This document shows positions 36,107 through 45,668 of a stretch of DNA of 64,000 nucleotides, in pieces (the first letter of the stretch is position 1; the number at the start of each line of letters is the position of its first letter). The position numbers were made by a program, and so were the translations under genes. Source of the DNA: Christensenellaceae bacterium (lineage in GTDB: Bacteria > Bacillota > Clostridia > Christensenellales > Borkfalkiaceae); assembly GCA_045645305.1 (NCBI GenBank), contig JAZRIO010000017.1, positions 10,396 to 74,395 of the forward strand. The letters run 5' to 3'. Below the pieces are notes generated by a model that was not told the origin of the DNA, searched no databases, and saw only the letters and a list, made by a program, of their open reading frames with translations.

Positions 36107-37291
36107 ATGATAAACGTTCCATCAATTCCATTAGAAGAATATAAAGAGAGAGTAGTTAAAGTACAAAAAAACATGAAAGAAGAAGGGTTTGACCTTTTGC
36201 TTTCTTATGGTAACGAAGCAGAGCCACAATTCTGTCGTTATTTTTCGGGATACTGGCCGAGTTTTGAAACGGCGGGCGTACTTATTCCCGTTGAAGGCGA
36301 CCCCATGCTTTTAATTGGCCCGGAAAGTTACACCTATGCAACCGACAGAACAAAAATTCCTACCGTAAAAATGCTCAAGGCTTTCCGCGAATCTTCAGAG
36401 CCTGAATACCCCGGTAAAAAACTTGATACCTTTAACACGGTTATCGAAGAAATGTGGGGGGATAAACCCATTAAGCGCTTTGGTGTTGCGGGTCTTCCAT
36501 TGATGACTATCGGTGTTTATGAAGCGCTGGCAGAAGCGCTCGCTAAATATGGTGTTAAGATTGAAAAGGCCGATGAAGTTGTTTCAAAAGTGCGTATGAT
36601 TAAAACGGAAAACGAACTTAAATGCATGCGTGCGGCGGCGGAAATCACAAGAAAAACCTTTGACTACGTTTTGGAAAATGTTAAAGCGGGTATGACCGAA
36701 CAACAAGTTGTTGGGCTTGCGCTTGGCAAAATGCACGAACTCGGCGCGGAAAGAGAATCTTATCCACTTTGGGTGCTTACAGGTCAAGGCTCTAACCAAG
36801 CAATCAGCCGTCCAAGAAATAAGGTTATTGAAAAAGGTGATTTGACCTTTATGCAAATTGGTGCGCGCGTTGACGGATATGCTTCAACCATTGGTAGAGC
36901 AGTTGTGTTCGGCAAGGCAACTGATGAGCAAAAGAGCCTTATAGAAGCAGGTTATAAGGCACAAGAACTTGCAATCGGTATGTTAAAGGCTGGCGTTCCC
37001 GCGTGCGAAATTGCAAAAAAACATATCGAAAATGTTACCGCGATGGGCTATGGCGATTGGCTTTTGTATGGACCTTTCCACGGCAACGGCACAATGGAAG
37101 GCGAAGCACCTTGGATTGAAACCACTTCCGATTACCTTTTGGAAGAAAATATGACCTTCTGTGCGGATATCTTCCTTGGCTCTAACGAAAAGGGCATAGG
37201 TCTTCGCGTGGAAGACGTTGTTTGCGTAACCAAAGACGGCGCAGAAAACCTTACCAACTATCCAAGAAAACTTTTCGAGATTGATAGATAA
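36107..37291 (+). CDS. M24 family metallopeptidase (Xaa-Pro peptidase/creatinase-like)
   Basis: Creatinase-like N-domain plus a pita-bread C-domain (GD.TFMQIGARVDGY, HGNG, VED). AGGAGA SD. Confidence 0.8.
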   Translation: MINVPSIPLEEYKERVVKVQKNMKEEGFDLLLSYGNEAEPQFCRYFSGYWPSFETAGVLIPVEGDPMLLIGPESYTYATDRTKIPTVKMLKAFRESSEPEYPGKKLDTFNTVIEEMWGDKPIKRFGVAGLPLMTIGVYEALAEALAKYGVKIEKADEVVSKVRMIKTENELKCMRAAAEITRKTFDYVLENVKAGMTEQQVVGLALGKMHELGAERESYPLWVLTGQGSNQAISRPRNKVIEKGDLTFMQIGARVDGYASTIGRAVVFGKATDEQKSLIEAGYKAQELAIGMLKAGVPACEIAKKHIENVTAMGYGDWLLYGPFHGNGTMEGEAPWIETTSDYLLEENMTFCADIFLGSNEKGIGLRVEDVVCVTKDGAENLTNYPRKLFEIDR

Positions 37292-37296
37292 AATAG

Positions 37297-37337
37297 AAAA
37301 AACTAACCCCCAGCGCGTTAACGCTGGGGGTTTAATT
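37297..37337. terminator. bidirectional intrinsic terminator (module also present at 41858-41898)
   Basis: Stem aacccccagcg / cgctgggggtt flanked by A6 and TTTAAT. Confidence 0.75.
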
Positions 37338-38207
37338 TTAAGACTGAAATTGTGCGCGGTATTGGGTGGGGGTTTTTCCAACTCTAGCAGTAAAAGTTTT
37401 GATAAAGTGCGGAATATCGGTAAAACCAACCATAATTGCCGTTTCATTTACGCTTGTTGTTTGCGTGCGTAAAAGTTCCATTGCTTGATTTATTCTATAA
37501 TCAATTATAAAAGTTCTAATAGAAAAACCTGTGTGCGCCTTAAAAACTCTGTTCATATAGGAAGAGTTAAAAAAGAAGTGTTCGGCAAGGTCGGTGCTCT
37601 TTATAGGTTTATTATAATTTTCTTGTATAAACCCTATAACTTGTCGGGTGAGAAAGGCGGTTTTAACGTCGCCCGAACTCCCTTTTTCTCTATTTTGCCT
37701 AACGATGCTTATGATTATAGATTTTAGCATAGAAGAAAGAAGTTCATCTTTGAATTCAACCGAAGTGTTTATTTCAACGGCAAGGCTTGTAATTTTAGAT
37801 TCTATTGACGGAAAAACCGAAAGCACAATCGCATCGTTTAGTTCAGCACAATCGCAAAAATCAATCTTTTTAGAAAAGTTGTCTTGTGGGAAAACTTCCG
37901 CACTGATTGGCGAAAAGGACTTGCGAATATGTAAAAAGTCTTGCGTATAGTCAAAATTTATGGCGATATAGCGCATATCTTTTATTTGCCACACGTATTC
38001 GGTGCCCGCTTGAAAAAGGATAACCGAACCCGCTTTTATTGGATAGGCCGTGCCTTCAATAATTATCTCACCACTGCCGTGAAGAATATAAAAAAGTCTG
38101 CAATCGACAGTTTTAATTTTTCTGCCAGTGTACAACGATGAGTGTAATTTTGTTATCAATGCTTGCCTAACGAAAGGCTTTATTTCACCAAGTTTCATTT
38201 TATTCAC
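37338..38207 (-). CDS. AraC family transcriptional regulator
   Basis: Cupin N-domain plus a C-terminal HTH (GFTDIPHFIKTFTARVGKTPTQY). Confidence 0.85.
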   Translation of the reverse strand: MNKMKLGEIKPFVRQALITKLHSSLYTGRKIKTVDCRLFYILHGSGEIIIEGTAYPIKAGSVILFQAGTEYVWQIKDMRYIAINFDYTQDFLHIRKSFSPISAEVFPQDNFSKKIDFCDCAELNDAIVLSVFPSIESKITSLAVEINTSVEFKDELLSSMLKSIIISIVRQNREKGSSGDVKTAFLTRQVIGFIQENYNKPIKSTDLAEHFFFNSSYMNRVFKAHTGFSIRTFIIDYRINQAMELLRTQTTSVNETAIMVGFTDIPHFIKTFTARVGKTPTQYRAQFQS

Positions 38208-38362
38208 CTAAAATAAGTATACAAAAAAACAAAAAATATATCAATCGAAAAAGCGCGCAAAAGTACAAAAAACACAATTAAAGTTTGTTTTTATCCATTT
38301 GATTGGAGCAAAAGTAATGATATAATTAAAAAAGAAAACAAAAAATCTACAATAAGGCGATT

Positions 38363-39754
38363 ATGAAAACAAAAAAGATACTTGAAAAATTCAATGATGC
38401 AATGAGAGAGAAATGCGTTCGCTTGCACGGTGTTGTGTTAATGCAAAAAAAGCAAGTTGTTGGCGAACTTTATAACTCACCGTATACAAGTGAAAGCCAA
38501 AACAGAATGTATTCGGCAACCAAATCGGTTGTTGCAATTGCAATAGGCAAACTCATTAAAGATAATCTCCTTTCTTTAGATGAAAAGGTTGTAGATATCT
38601 TTTCTAATAGGATAAGTACAAAAAACACACACCCGAACGTTAAGGAACTCACCGTTCGCGAGATGCTAACTATGACAACGGCATATTCAAGCCCAACCTA
38701 CACGGCAAACGATAAGAATTGGCTGGAAACCTATTTTAACCATAATTCCACCCACCCCTCAGGAACAGTTTGGAATTACGATAGTTCGGGAAGTTACGTT
38801 TTGGGTGCTATTGTAAAACAAAAAACAGGTAAAAACTTTATTGATTATTTAAGACCGATTTTTGCTGAAATAGGTGTAAGCGAAGATATTTATTGTATGG
38901 AAGGGCCGGACGGAGAAGCGTGGGGACCTTCAGCAATGATTGCAAAAACAACCGACCTTGCAAAAATTGCTTACCTTATGCTTGAAAAAGGGCAATGGAA
39001 TAAAAAACAATTATTGCCGTTTGACTATGCGCTTGATGCGATATCGCCACTTGTTAGAAATGATGATGGCGCAAAGAATACAAGGTTTGATTGCGGGTAT
39101 GGCTACCAAATATGGTCGCACCCAAATGGCGCGTTCGCGTTTAGGGGGCTTGGTGGACAACTTGCAATCGGTTTTCGCGGTAGAGATTTGGTGTTTGCTT
39201 GTAATGCGGATACTGCGGGCAACAACAGTATGTATGATGATATATTTAACGCGGTTGAAGATATAATCTTGCCCAATTTTCCAATCATAGATAAAAAAGA
39301 GTATGAAAAAGCCCAAAAAAGAAACATAGAGAACAACATTTTTGACAAGGTTTGCAATAAAAACATTGTTCTTAAACCAAATCAAATGGGCATAAGCCAT
39401 TTAAGGCTTGAACAAAAAGAGCAAAGTAAAAGGCTAATATACGGCAGGGATAATAAAGAGTTTGCCATTGATTTTAGTTTGGAAAGAGAAGTGCAAATAA
39501 TTTTTCCACAAAAGTATAATGGCGCAAAACTTTTTAACCGTGAACACGATATAAATTATAAGTGTAGCGTTATTGCAAGGTGGCTTGAGCCAAAAAAACT
39601 GCACATAAAGGTGTGGGCAGAAGACTTGTTCGTGGGGAATATGAGCATTGCGATTGCATTTAGAGAAGACGGAAAGGTCGGTGTAAAAATGCAAAAGAAC
39701 GCACAGTTCTTTTTTGATGATTTTGTGGGCTTTGCCGAAGGTAATTTGGAATAA
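38363..39754 (+). CDS. serine hydrolase, beta-lactamase/PBP4* fold, with C-terminal extension
   Basis: SxxK motif YSATKS near residue 50, and a YDSSGSY (YxN-like) region. 463 aa. Confidence 0.75.
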   Translation: MKTKKILEKFNDAMREKCVRLHGVVLMQKKQVVGELYNSPYTSESQNRMYSATKSVVAIAIGKLIKDNLLSLDEKVVDIFSNRISTKNTHPNVKELTVREMLTMTTAYSSPTYTANDKNWLETYFNHNSTHPSGTVWNYDSSGSYVLGAIVKQKTGKNFIDYLRPIFAEIGVSEDIYCMEGPDGEAWGPSAMIAKTTDLAKIAYLMLEKGQWNKKQLLPFDYALDAISPLVRNDDGAKNTRFDCGYGYQIWSHPNGAFAFRGLGGQLAIGFRGRDLVFACNADTAGNNSMYDDIFNAVEDIILPNFPIIDKKEYEKAQKRNIENNIFDKVCNKNIVLKPNQMGISHLRLEQKEQSKRLIYGRDNKEFAIDFSLEREVQIIFPQKYNGAKLFNREHDINYKCSVIARWLEPKKLHIKVWAEDLFVGNMSIAIAFREDGKVGVKMQKNAQFFFDDFVGFAEGNLE

Positions 39755-39766
39755 AAGGAGAAGGAT

Positions 39767-40972
39767 ATGGAAAAGAAAAATTTAGCACTTATCGGTTGCG
39801 GAAGGTTTGCCGATTGGTTTGTTCCTTTGTTTAAGGCGCACCCAAACCTTAATAAACTATACGCGTGCGATTTAATTAAGGAAAAAGCAGAAGAATTTTC
39901 TAAAAAATACGACATTGAAATAATAGATTCTTTTGAGCAAGCGCTCGAAAGAGAAGATATAGATTGCATCTTGAATTTTACGCAAAGACACTTGCACGGT
40001 AGCATAGTAATAAAGGCACTAAAGGCGGGCAAGCACGTGTTTTCCGCCGTGCCAATGGCTTCTACAGTAGAAGAGTGCAAGCAAATTGTGGATTTGGTAA
40101 AGGAAACCGGTTTAATTTATATGATGGCTGAAACTTGTTACTATTACCCTTGCGCTATGTTTTGTAGAGAAGCATATGAAAAGGGCAAGTTTGGAAAATT
40201 CACATATGGTGCATCGCAATATTATCACGATATTGATTCAATCGGTTACGGAAAAGATAAAAACGAGGCTGGTATGCCACCGCTTCTTTATCCCACGCAC
40301 TCGACGGCAATGATTTTATCGGCGGTGGATTCTTTTGTTACAAAGGTTACTTGCGTTGGCTATAAAGATACGGAAGATGACAACCGCTTTGGCAAGGGCA
40401 AAAACCTTTGGGATAACGAGTATTCTAACCAATACGTGTTTATGGAACTTGCAAACGGCGGTGTGGCAAGGGTGACCGAAGCGAGAAGGATAGGTTGGGG
40501 CAAGCCAAGTTCGTATATATCCGCTCTTTACGGAACAAATGGCGGTTACGAATTTAGCAACGCACAGCATATCCTTGTAGAGAGAGATTATAAAGCGGGC
40601 GAAAAAGAAAAGGTTAAACTAACCGACGTGAGTGATTACGTTAACACAAGAGAGTTGACCGAACATAAAAAAGACATAGACTTTATGGAAAAGGTTGCTA
40701 ATGGTGAGTGGCAATGGAATAGCAATTCGCCCGTTCAAGACAAAGAAACGGCACGCCTTCCCAAAGAGTTTGAAAAATTGCCCACGGGGCATATGGGTTC
40801 GCATAAACTATTGGTGGACGATTTCTTTACAGCCGTTTGCAAGAACGAGCAACCGATATTAAACGCTTGGCGCGCAGCAAGGTACACCGTTCCGGGGCTT
40901 GTTGCAATTGAATCATTAAAGCAAGGGGGCGTGCCACTTTCCGTTCCTGATTTTGGCGAGTATAAAAAGTGA
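39767..40972 (+). CDS. Gfo/Idh/MocA family oxidoreductase
   Basis: N-terminal Rossmann LIGCGRFA and the ALKAGKHVFSAVPMA motif. Confidence 0.8.
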   Translation: MEKKNLALIGCGRFADWFVPLFKAHPNLNKLYACDLIKEKAEEFSKKYDIEIIDSFEQALEREDIDCILNFTQRHLHGSIVIKALKAGKHVFSAVPMASTVEECKQIVDLVKETGLIYMMAETCYYYPCAMFCREAYEKGKFGKFTYGASQYYHDIDSIGYGKDKNEAGMPPLLYPTHSTAMILSAVDSFVTKVTCVGYKDTEDDNRFGKGKNLWDNEYSNQYVFMELANGGVARVTEARRIGWGKPSSYISALYGTNGGYEFSNAQHILVERDYKAGEKEKVKLTDVSDYVNTRELTEHKKDIDFMEKVANGEWQWNSNSPVQDKETARLPKEFEKLPTGHMGSHKLLVDDFFTAVCKNEQPILNAWRAARYTVPGLVAIESLKQGGVPLSVPDFGEYKK

Positions 40973-41859
40973 TAGGATATTTATATTTAACTTTGGCGTT
41001 AATAGCAGGGTTAACTAAAGGGCTTTTTGGCAAAAAGGTAAGTAGAGACGTTATAACCTTAAAAGACGGTTTTACGGTTAATACTATAAGAACGGTTTTT
41101 TGTGCATTAGTCGGTTTTCTGGTCGCCATAATTCAAGTGGGGATAAACGGGTTTTATCTATCAGTGCCGTCGCTTATTGTTTGTTTAGCATCGTCAATAT
41201 TTATGGCAATGTTCTCAATGAGTTGGCTTTATGCATATAAGAGCGAAGCATACGTTTTCTTAAACATTTTTACTATGCTTGGTTCGGTGGTGACCGCCCT
41301 TTTAGGCTGGGCAATATACGGCGACAAAATAAGAACGGGGCAAATTGCAGGGTTTATCTTACTTTTCGTTGCCGTTTATATAATTTCTTTATACAATAAA
41401 AATATAAAGGGAAAAATGAGCAAGCGCGCAATCTTTACCCTTTTAATTGGTGGCGTGGGCGTTGCCCTTTCGGACTTTATGCAAAAGGTTTTCGTTAAGC
41501 AAAATCTTGGCGAGCCGAGTGTGTTTACCTTTTACACCTATTTTTTGATGATAATTCCGCAAATTATTGCCCTTGTTTTATTTAAGTTCAATAAAAGCAC
41601 CCCAAAGAACCCAACCCTTTGCAATAAACGGCATATACTTATTTTCTTTGTAATTTCATCTGCGCTATATCTTAACGTTATTATGAAAACTATGGCGGTG
41701 GGATATATTCCGTCAACAAGACTCTATCCTACTTTGCAAGGCGCCAACCTAATAGCATCGGCACTTTGCGCAAGCCTATTTTTTAAGGAAAAAATTACTG
41801 CTAAAAGCATTATTGGAATATCAATAGCACTTGTTGCGGTAATAGTAATGAATATTTAA
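40969..41859 (+). CDS. DMT-superfamily (EamA-like) 10-TM permease
   Basis: Hydrophobic 296-aa ORF with two similar 5-TM halves. GTG start overlaps the upstream stop (GTGA). Confidence 0.65.
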   Translation: MIGYLYLTLALIAGLTKGLFGKKVSRDVITLKDGFTVNTIRTVFCALVGFLVAIIQVGINGFYLSVPSLIVCLASSIFMAMFSMSWLYAYKSEAYVFLNIFTMLGSVVTALLGWAIYGDKIRTGQIAGFILLFVAVYIISLYNKNIKGKMSKRAIFTLLIGGVGVALSDFMQKVFVKQNLGEPSVFTFYTYFLMIIPQIIALVLFKFNKSTPKNPTLCNKRHILIFFVISSALYLNVIMKTMAVGYIPSTRLYPTLQGANLIASALCASLFFKEKITAKSIIGISIALVAVIVMNI

Positions 41860-41898
41860 AAAACTAACCCCCTCCGCGTTAGCGGTGGGGGTTTAATA
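41858..41898. terminator. bidirectional intrinsic terminator, near-copy of 37297-37337
   Basis: aaaaaactaaccccctccgcgttagcggtgggggtttaat. Confidence 0.75.
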
Positions 41899-43809
41899 TT
41901 AGTTTTTCTCTTTTCCGTGTAACCACATACTCATCAAAATAAGTCTGCCGTTTGCACTTGCGTTCGGTTGCCAAGGGCACCAGAAAGCATCGTGACTGTT
42001 AAAGCGCTCTACCATATAACCTTGGTTAGAGATAGCATACTTTAACTGGCAATCGAGAATAAGTTTTAACATTTTCTTGTCGCCCAAACGATTGTAATAG
42101 TCGAACATTTCGTATTCGCTAGTATTGGTATACCAACGCTGACCAACGGGTGGGGCATATCTACTTCCACCTTTTTTATGGTCACGGCTCATTGGCATAA
42201 AGTGCCCGTGGCGCATAAAGTGAACACCCGCTTCTTTTTTGATGTTTTTCAAAATTTTTCTTGCAAGCGGGGTATCATCGCCCGCAACACCCAATGCCAA
42301 CCAATGCGCTTGGTGAAAGGTTTTACAATACGAACAATACTCAAACTGTCCATCAAGTTTTTTCTCTATTTCAGGGTCATTTCTTGCATCGCGCGGAACA
42401 ACCCACTCCTCTTTGCCGTCGGCTTCTTTAGCAAGTTCAAAGAACCTATCCTTAATACAAGCAAGATAATCATCAAGGGCAACGGAAACTTCTTCGCGCT
42501 CTAAAGTGTTGTATTTTTCACAAACTTTCTTGAACTCTCTATACGCTTCAATGTTCCACTTGTCGGTTAAACTCCAAACTTGTTCGGCATCGCCAAAGTC
42601 AGATGAAACCCACGGTGGGAAAAGACCGGGGATAAGGTTGGGGTCGGTTTTTGTTGAAGCGCGTTTTTTCTCTATCCAGCGGAAAGCATCAAGGGCATCT
42701 TGGTAATAAGATTTAAATATTTGTTCATTTTCCATAGCGACATAGGCATAAGATTGCACCGCCGCTGCTGAAAGTGAAGACCATTGCATACCAAAGGTGT
42801 TAACTTGACCTTTATTTTCCCCTTCTTTAACTTGTAAAATATTAAAATACATATTTAGAACTTTGTCTAAATAATCATCAAAACCGCCAACTTGTGCAAG
42901 TGCGCGGAACAAGGGTTCTGCTTCTTTGGGGTAAACAACTCTTTCAATTCCGCCTTGTCTAAAAAGAACGTAATTTTCGCCCTTTGGATAACAAATCATT
43001 TGCAAACTTTGAGCGATAAGGTTGTTAAACAAGCCTTGCTTTAGATTTTTCGGCTTAAACTGTGCTTTAGCAACTTCTTTTACCCAAAAACTTTCACACT
43101 CTTTTTTGGCTTTTAGATAAGACAATGGCTTTTTATTTTTGTTTCTTGTAAGGGTGAAAACATAGGTTTTTTGTTCGCCCGCTTTAAGAGTTAGGCTAAC
43201 GCTTAAATCATCGTAATTTTTTTCAGTAAAGCGGTAAGAAGAAGAGAATCTTAATGAATAAGTGCCGTTTGTTAGTTTGTTTGAATAACGAATAAAGGTG
43301 GGCATAGTCATCCATTGCTTTTTAAGTTGTTCAAACCATCTATATCCATCGGGCTCATCTCCACCAATAAGGTCAAATTCAGGGCCCGACCTAACCATTG
43401 CGCCAAAATCAAAGGGCAAGGGCGCATTGGTTGTGTTTTTAACCGTTACCTTTATGTAAGCGGTGGGCAATCTTTCCACATCGCAAAATGCTTCTTCATT
43501 AAACTTAATACCGTCAACCAAGTGAGATATAGAGTGCAAGGGCAGGCCATCTTTTCTAGTTGAGTATTTAACCTTTGTCCAAGGCAAAAAATTGCCGTTA
43601 ATGGTAAAAATAACACCTGTCGAAGGTAGCGCGCTCATATGCCCCCTACCGTTTAACATAACGTGAGAATCTTTACCGCCCAAGGTTTCGCCAAACAAAA
43701 TCATTGAAGATGGCCACATTGTAACAAGGTTTTCCGCAAGCGGTGGGTGGATATATCTCTTAAATGTAAAAGGTTTTCCCCAAGGCTTGTCTTTAGAACT
43801 TAAATGCAT
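41899..43809 (-). CDS. hypothetical protein, possibly (alpha/alpha)6 glycosidase-like
   Basis: 636-aa ORF with GGGGAA SD. Trp-rich C-terminal half. No signature I can name. Confidence 0.55.
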   Translation of the reverse strand: MHLSSKDKPWGKPFTFKRYIHPPLAENLVTMWPSSMILFGETLGGKDSHVMLNGRGHMSALPSTGVIFTINGNFLPWTKVKYSTRKDGLPLHSISHLVDGIKFNEEAFCDVERLPTAYIKVTVKNTTNAPLPFDFGAMVRSGPEFDLIGGDEPDGYRWFEQLKKQWMTMPTFIRYSNKLTNGTYSLRFSSSYRFTEKNYDDLSVSLTLKAGEQKTYVFTLTRNKNKKPLSYLKAKKECESFWVKEVAKAQFKPKNLKQGLFNNLIAQSLQMICYPKGENYVLFRQGGIERVVYPKEAEPLFRALAQVGGFDDYLDKVLNMYFNILQVKEGENKGQVNTFGMQWSSLSAAAVQSYAYVAMENEQIFKSYYQDALDAFRWIEKKRASTKTDPNLIPGLFPPWVSSDFGDAEQVWSLTDKWNIEAYREFKKVCEKYNTLEREEVSVALDDYLACIKDRFFELAKEADGKEEWVVPRDARNDPEIEKKLDGQFEYCSYCKTFHQAHWLALGVAGDDTPLARKILKNIKKEAGVHFMRHGHFMPMSRDHKKGGSRYAPPVGQRWYTNTSEYEMFDYYNRLGDKKMLKLILDCQLKYAISNQGYMVERFNSHDAFWCPWQPNASANGRLILMSMWLHGKEKN

Positions 43810-43828
43810 AATTTCCCCCTAGTATAAA

Positions 43829-44713
43829 TTATAAATTTAGAAGTATTACCGATGCAAGTCCAATAACTATGCCGATATATTGCAAAAGGTCATATTTTTC
43901 TTTATAGATAAGGCGACCTAAAATAAAGGTCAAAATTAAACCACCGCCCGAGATTACGGGGAAGAAGATTGGCACGGGCATAAGATTTCCGCCAGTAAAG
44001 AGCATAACTATAAAGTTGTTCATAGCAATCAAAAAACCAGATGGTGCACCCCAAAGAATAGCACTTGTTGTTGCAGTCTTTATATTTTTTCTTTCGGTGA
44101 TTAACGTTGCAACAATCAAAATAACAACGGCAAGAGAGAGCGCAGTTATCATAAGTTCGCTACCACATTGACCTTTGTATGCTTTTTGTTGCATTGTTTG
44201 TGTGATACAGCAAAAACCGTTAGAAAAAAATGAAATTGCAACGAAAATTAACCACTTTATAGTGATGGGCTTTCTTTTTCCCACGTTTTTACCAAACTTT
44301 AAGTTAACCAATATCAAACTTGAAAAAAACAAGGTTAAGCCGATATAGAATAAAAAGTTAACGCTATCGCCAAGGAAAATTATTCCGTAAAGGGTGGGTA
44401 AAATTAATGAGAACGAAACGAATAGCCCTGTCAAAGAAAGGTCGCCACACTCAAGTGCAAGAATGCTGAAAATTGTGCTTATTGCAAAGCATAAACCAAA
44501 AGGAATAGCAAATTTTAACAAATTTAGGCTATATCCCGAAAAGTTAAACCCGTTTTGTATAAAAAATATTATAACAAAGGTTAAAAGGGCAGAAGAAAGG
44601 CAGATTAAGGACAAAAGGAAAGGCGATTTTTTAGTAAATTTTTTCTTAAATACTTCGCCAAAAGTCATTGCGCAAATTTGCCCTAAAAGTAAAAGCACGG
44701 TTGTAAATTTCAT
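43829..44713 (-). CDS. DMT-superfamily (EamA-like) 10-TM permease
   Basis: Hydrophobic 294-aa ORF with the same architecture as 40969-41859. Confidence 0.65.
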   Translation of the reverse strand: MKFTTVLLLLGQICAMTFGEVFKKKFTKKSPFLLSLICLSSALLTFVIIFFIQNGFNFSGYSLNLLKFAIPFGLCFAISTIFSILALECGDLSLTGLFVSFSLILPTLYGIIFLGDSVNFLFYIGLTLFFSSLILVNLKFGKNVGKRKPITIKWLIFVAISFFSNGFCCITQTMQQKAYKGQCGSELMITALSLAVVILIVATLITERKNIKTATTSAILWGAPSGFLIAMNNFIVMLFTGGNLMPVPIFFPVISGGGLILTFILGRLIYKEKYDLLQYIGIVIGLASVILLNL

Positions 44714-44837
44714 TAATCTTGCCTCCGATAATTTCCAAACAAATTATATCACGAGAAAAATAAAAAAGTTATAAAATTTTTATGTATCATATTGTAAAAG
44801 TTGGACTATTTTTATATTTTGTGGTAAAATCGAACAC

Positions 44838-45668
44838 ATGAGAGAGTGGATAAAGTTAAAAAGTATACCAAAGATTGCGTTTGCGCATACATATGCGACA
44901 GATGATGGGTTTAAAAACCATATCCCGAAAAGAGAAAACTTTTTGGAGATAAGTTATTGTAGATATGGAAAATGTTATACCATAAAAAACGGCAAAAAAT
45001 TTGTCAGTGTTGACGGTAGTGTTGGGGGAGAAATTAACAAGACGGAAATTGACGCTACGTATGAGGGGCCGTTTGAAGCACATTCTGTTGGTATGGTTGT
45101 GGACTATGATTATAACGAGACTATAATAAACAGCAATTTCGGTTTTTCTTTGATTGGTGATAGAAGTGAAAAATTGATGCGCATTATTGATGAATTAATT
45201 TTTTTGCATCATTTTCACCCCGAAAGAGAGCATAAAATAGTGTCGCTTATCTTTGAAGCGGTGGACATATTAAACGCTAGATTTATTGAAGAATGGCAAC
45301 AAGAGGAAGAAGTTTCGGGCGAGGTTTCATACGTTAACAAGGCAAAAACGTACATAAAGACAAGGATAGCGCAAAAAATTGCTATAAGCGATATAGCAAA
45401 GCACTTGCATGTTTCTTCTTCGTATATTTGCGTAGTTTTTAAAAAAATCACAGGCGAAACGATTGTGGAATACATAAATAAGTATAGGCTATATTTAATC
45501 AAGAATTACGTGGTTAGCCAAAATATGACCTTGAAAGAGGCGTGCGCACTTGTAGGGATAAATGATTCTGCATATGCAAGCAGATTGTTTAAGAAAATTG
45601 AAAACCAATCCATAAGAGAATTTAAGAGGACGGGGTGGAATAATCCCGCAAAAGAGGCAAAAAAATGA
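44838..45668 (+). CDS. AraC family transcriptional regulator
   Basis: C-terminal HTH pair (ISDIAKHLHVSSSYICVVFKK, ACALVGINDSAYASRLFKK). Confidence 0.85.
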   Translation: MREWIKLKSIPKIAFAHTYATDDGFKNHIPKRENFLEISYCRYGKCYTIKNGKKFVSVDGSVGGEINKTEIDATYEGPFEAHSVGMVVDYDYNETIINSNFGFSLIGDRSEKLMRIIDELIFLHHFHPEREHKIVSLIFEAVDILNARFIEEWQQEEEVSGEVSYVNKAKTYIKTRIAQKIAISDIAKHLHVSSSYICVVFKKITGETIVEYINKYRLYLIKNYVVSQNMTLKEACALVGINDSAYASRLFKKIENQSIREFKRTGWNNPAKEAKK

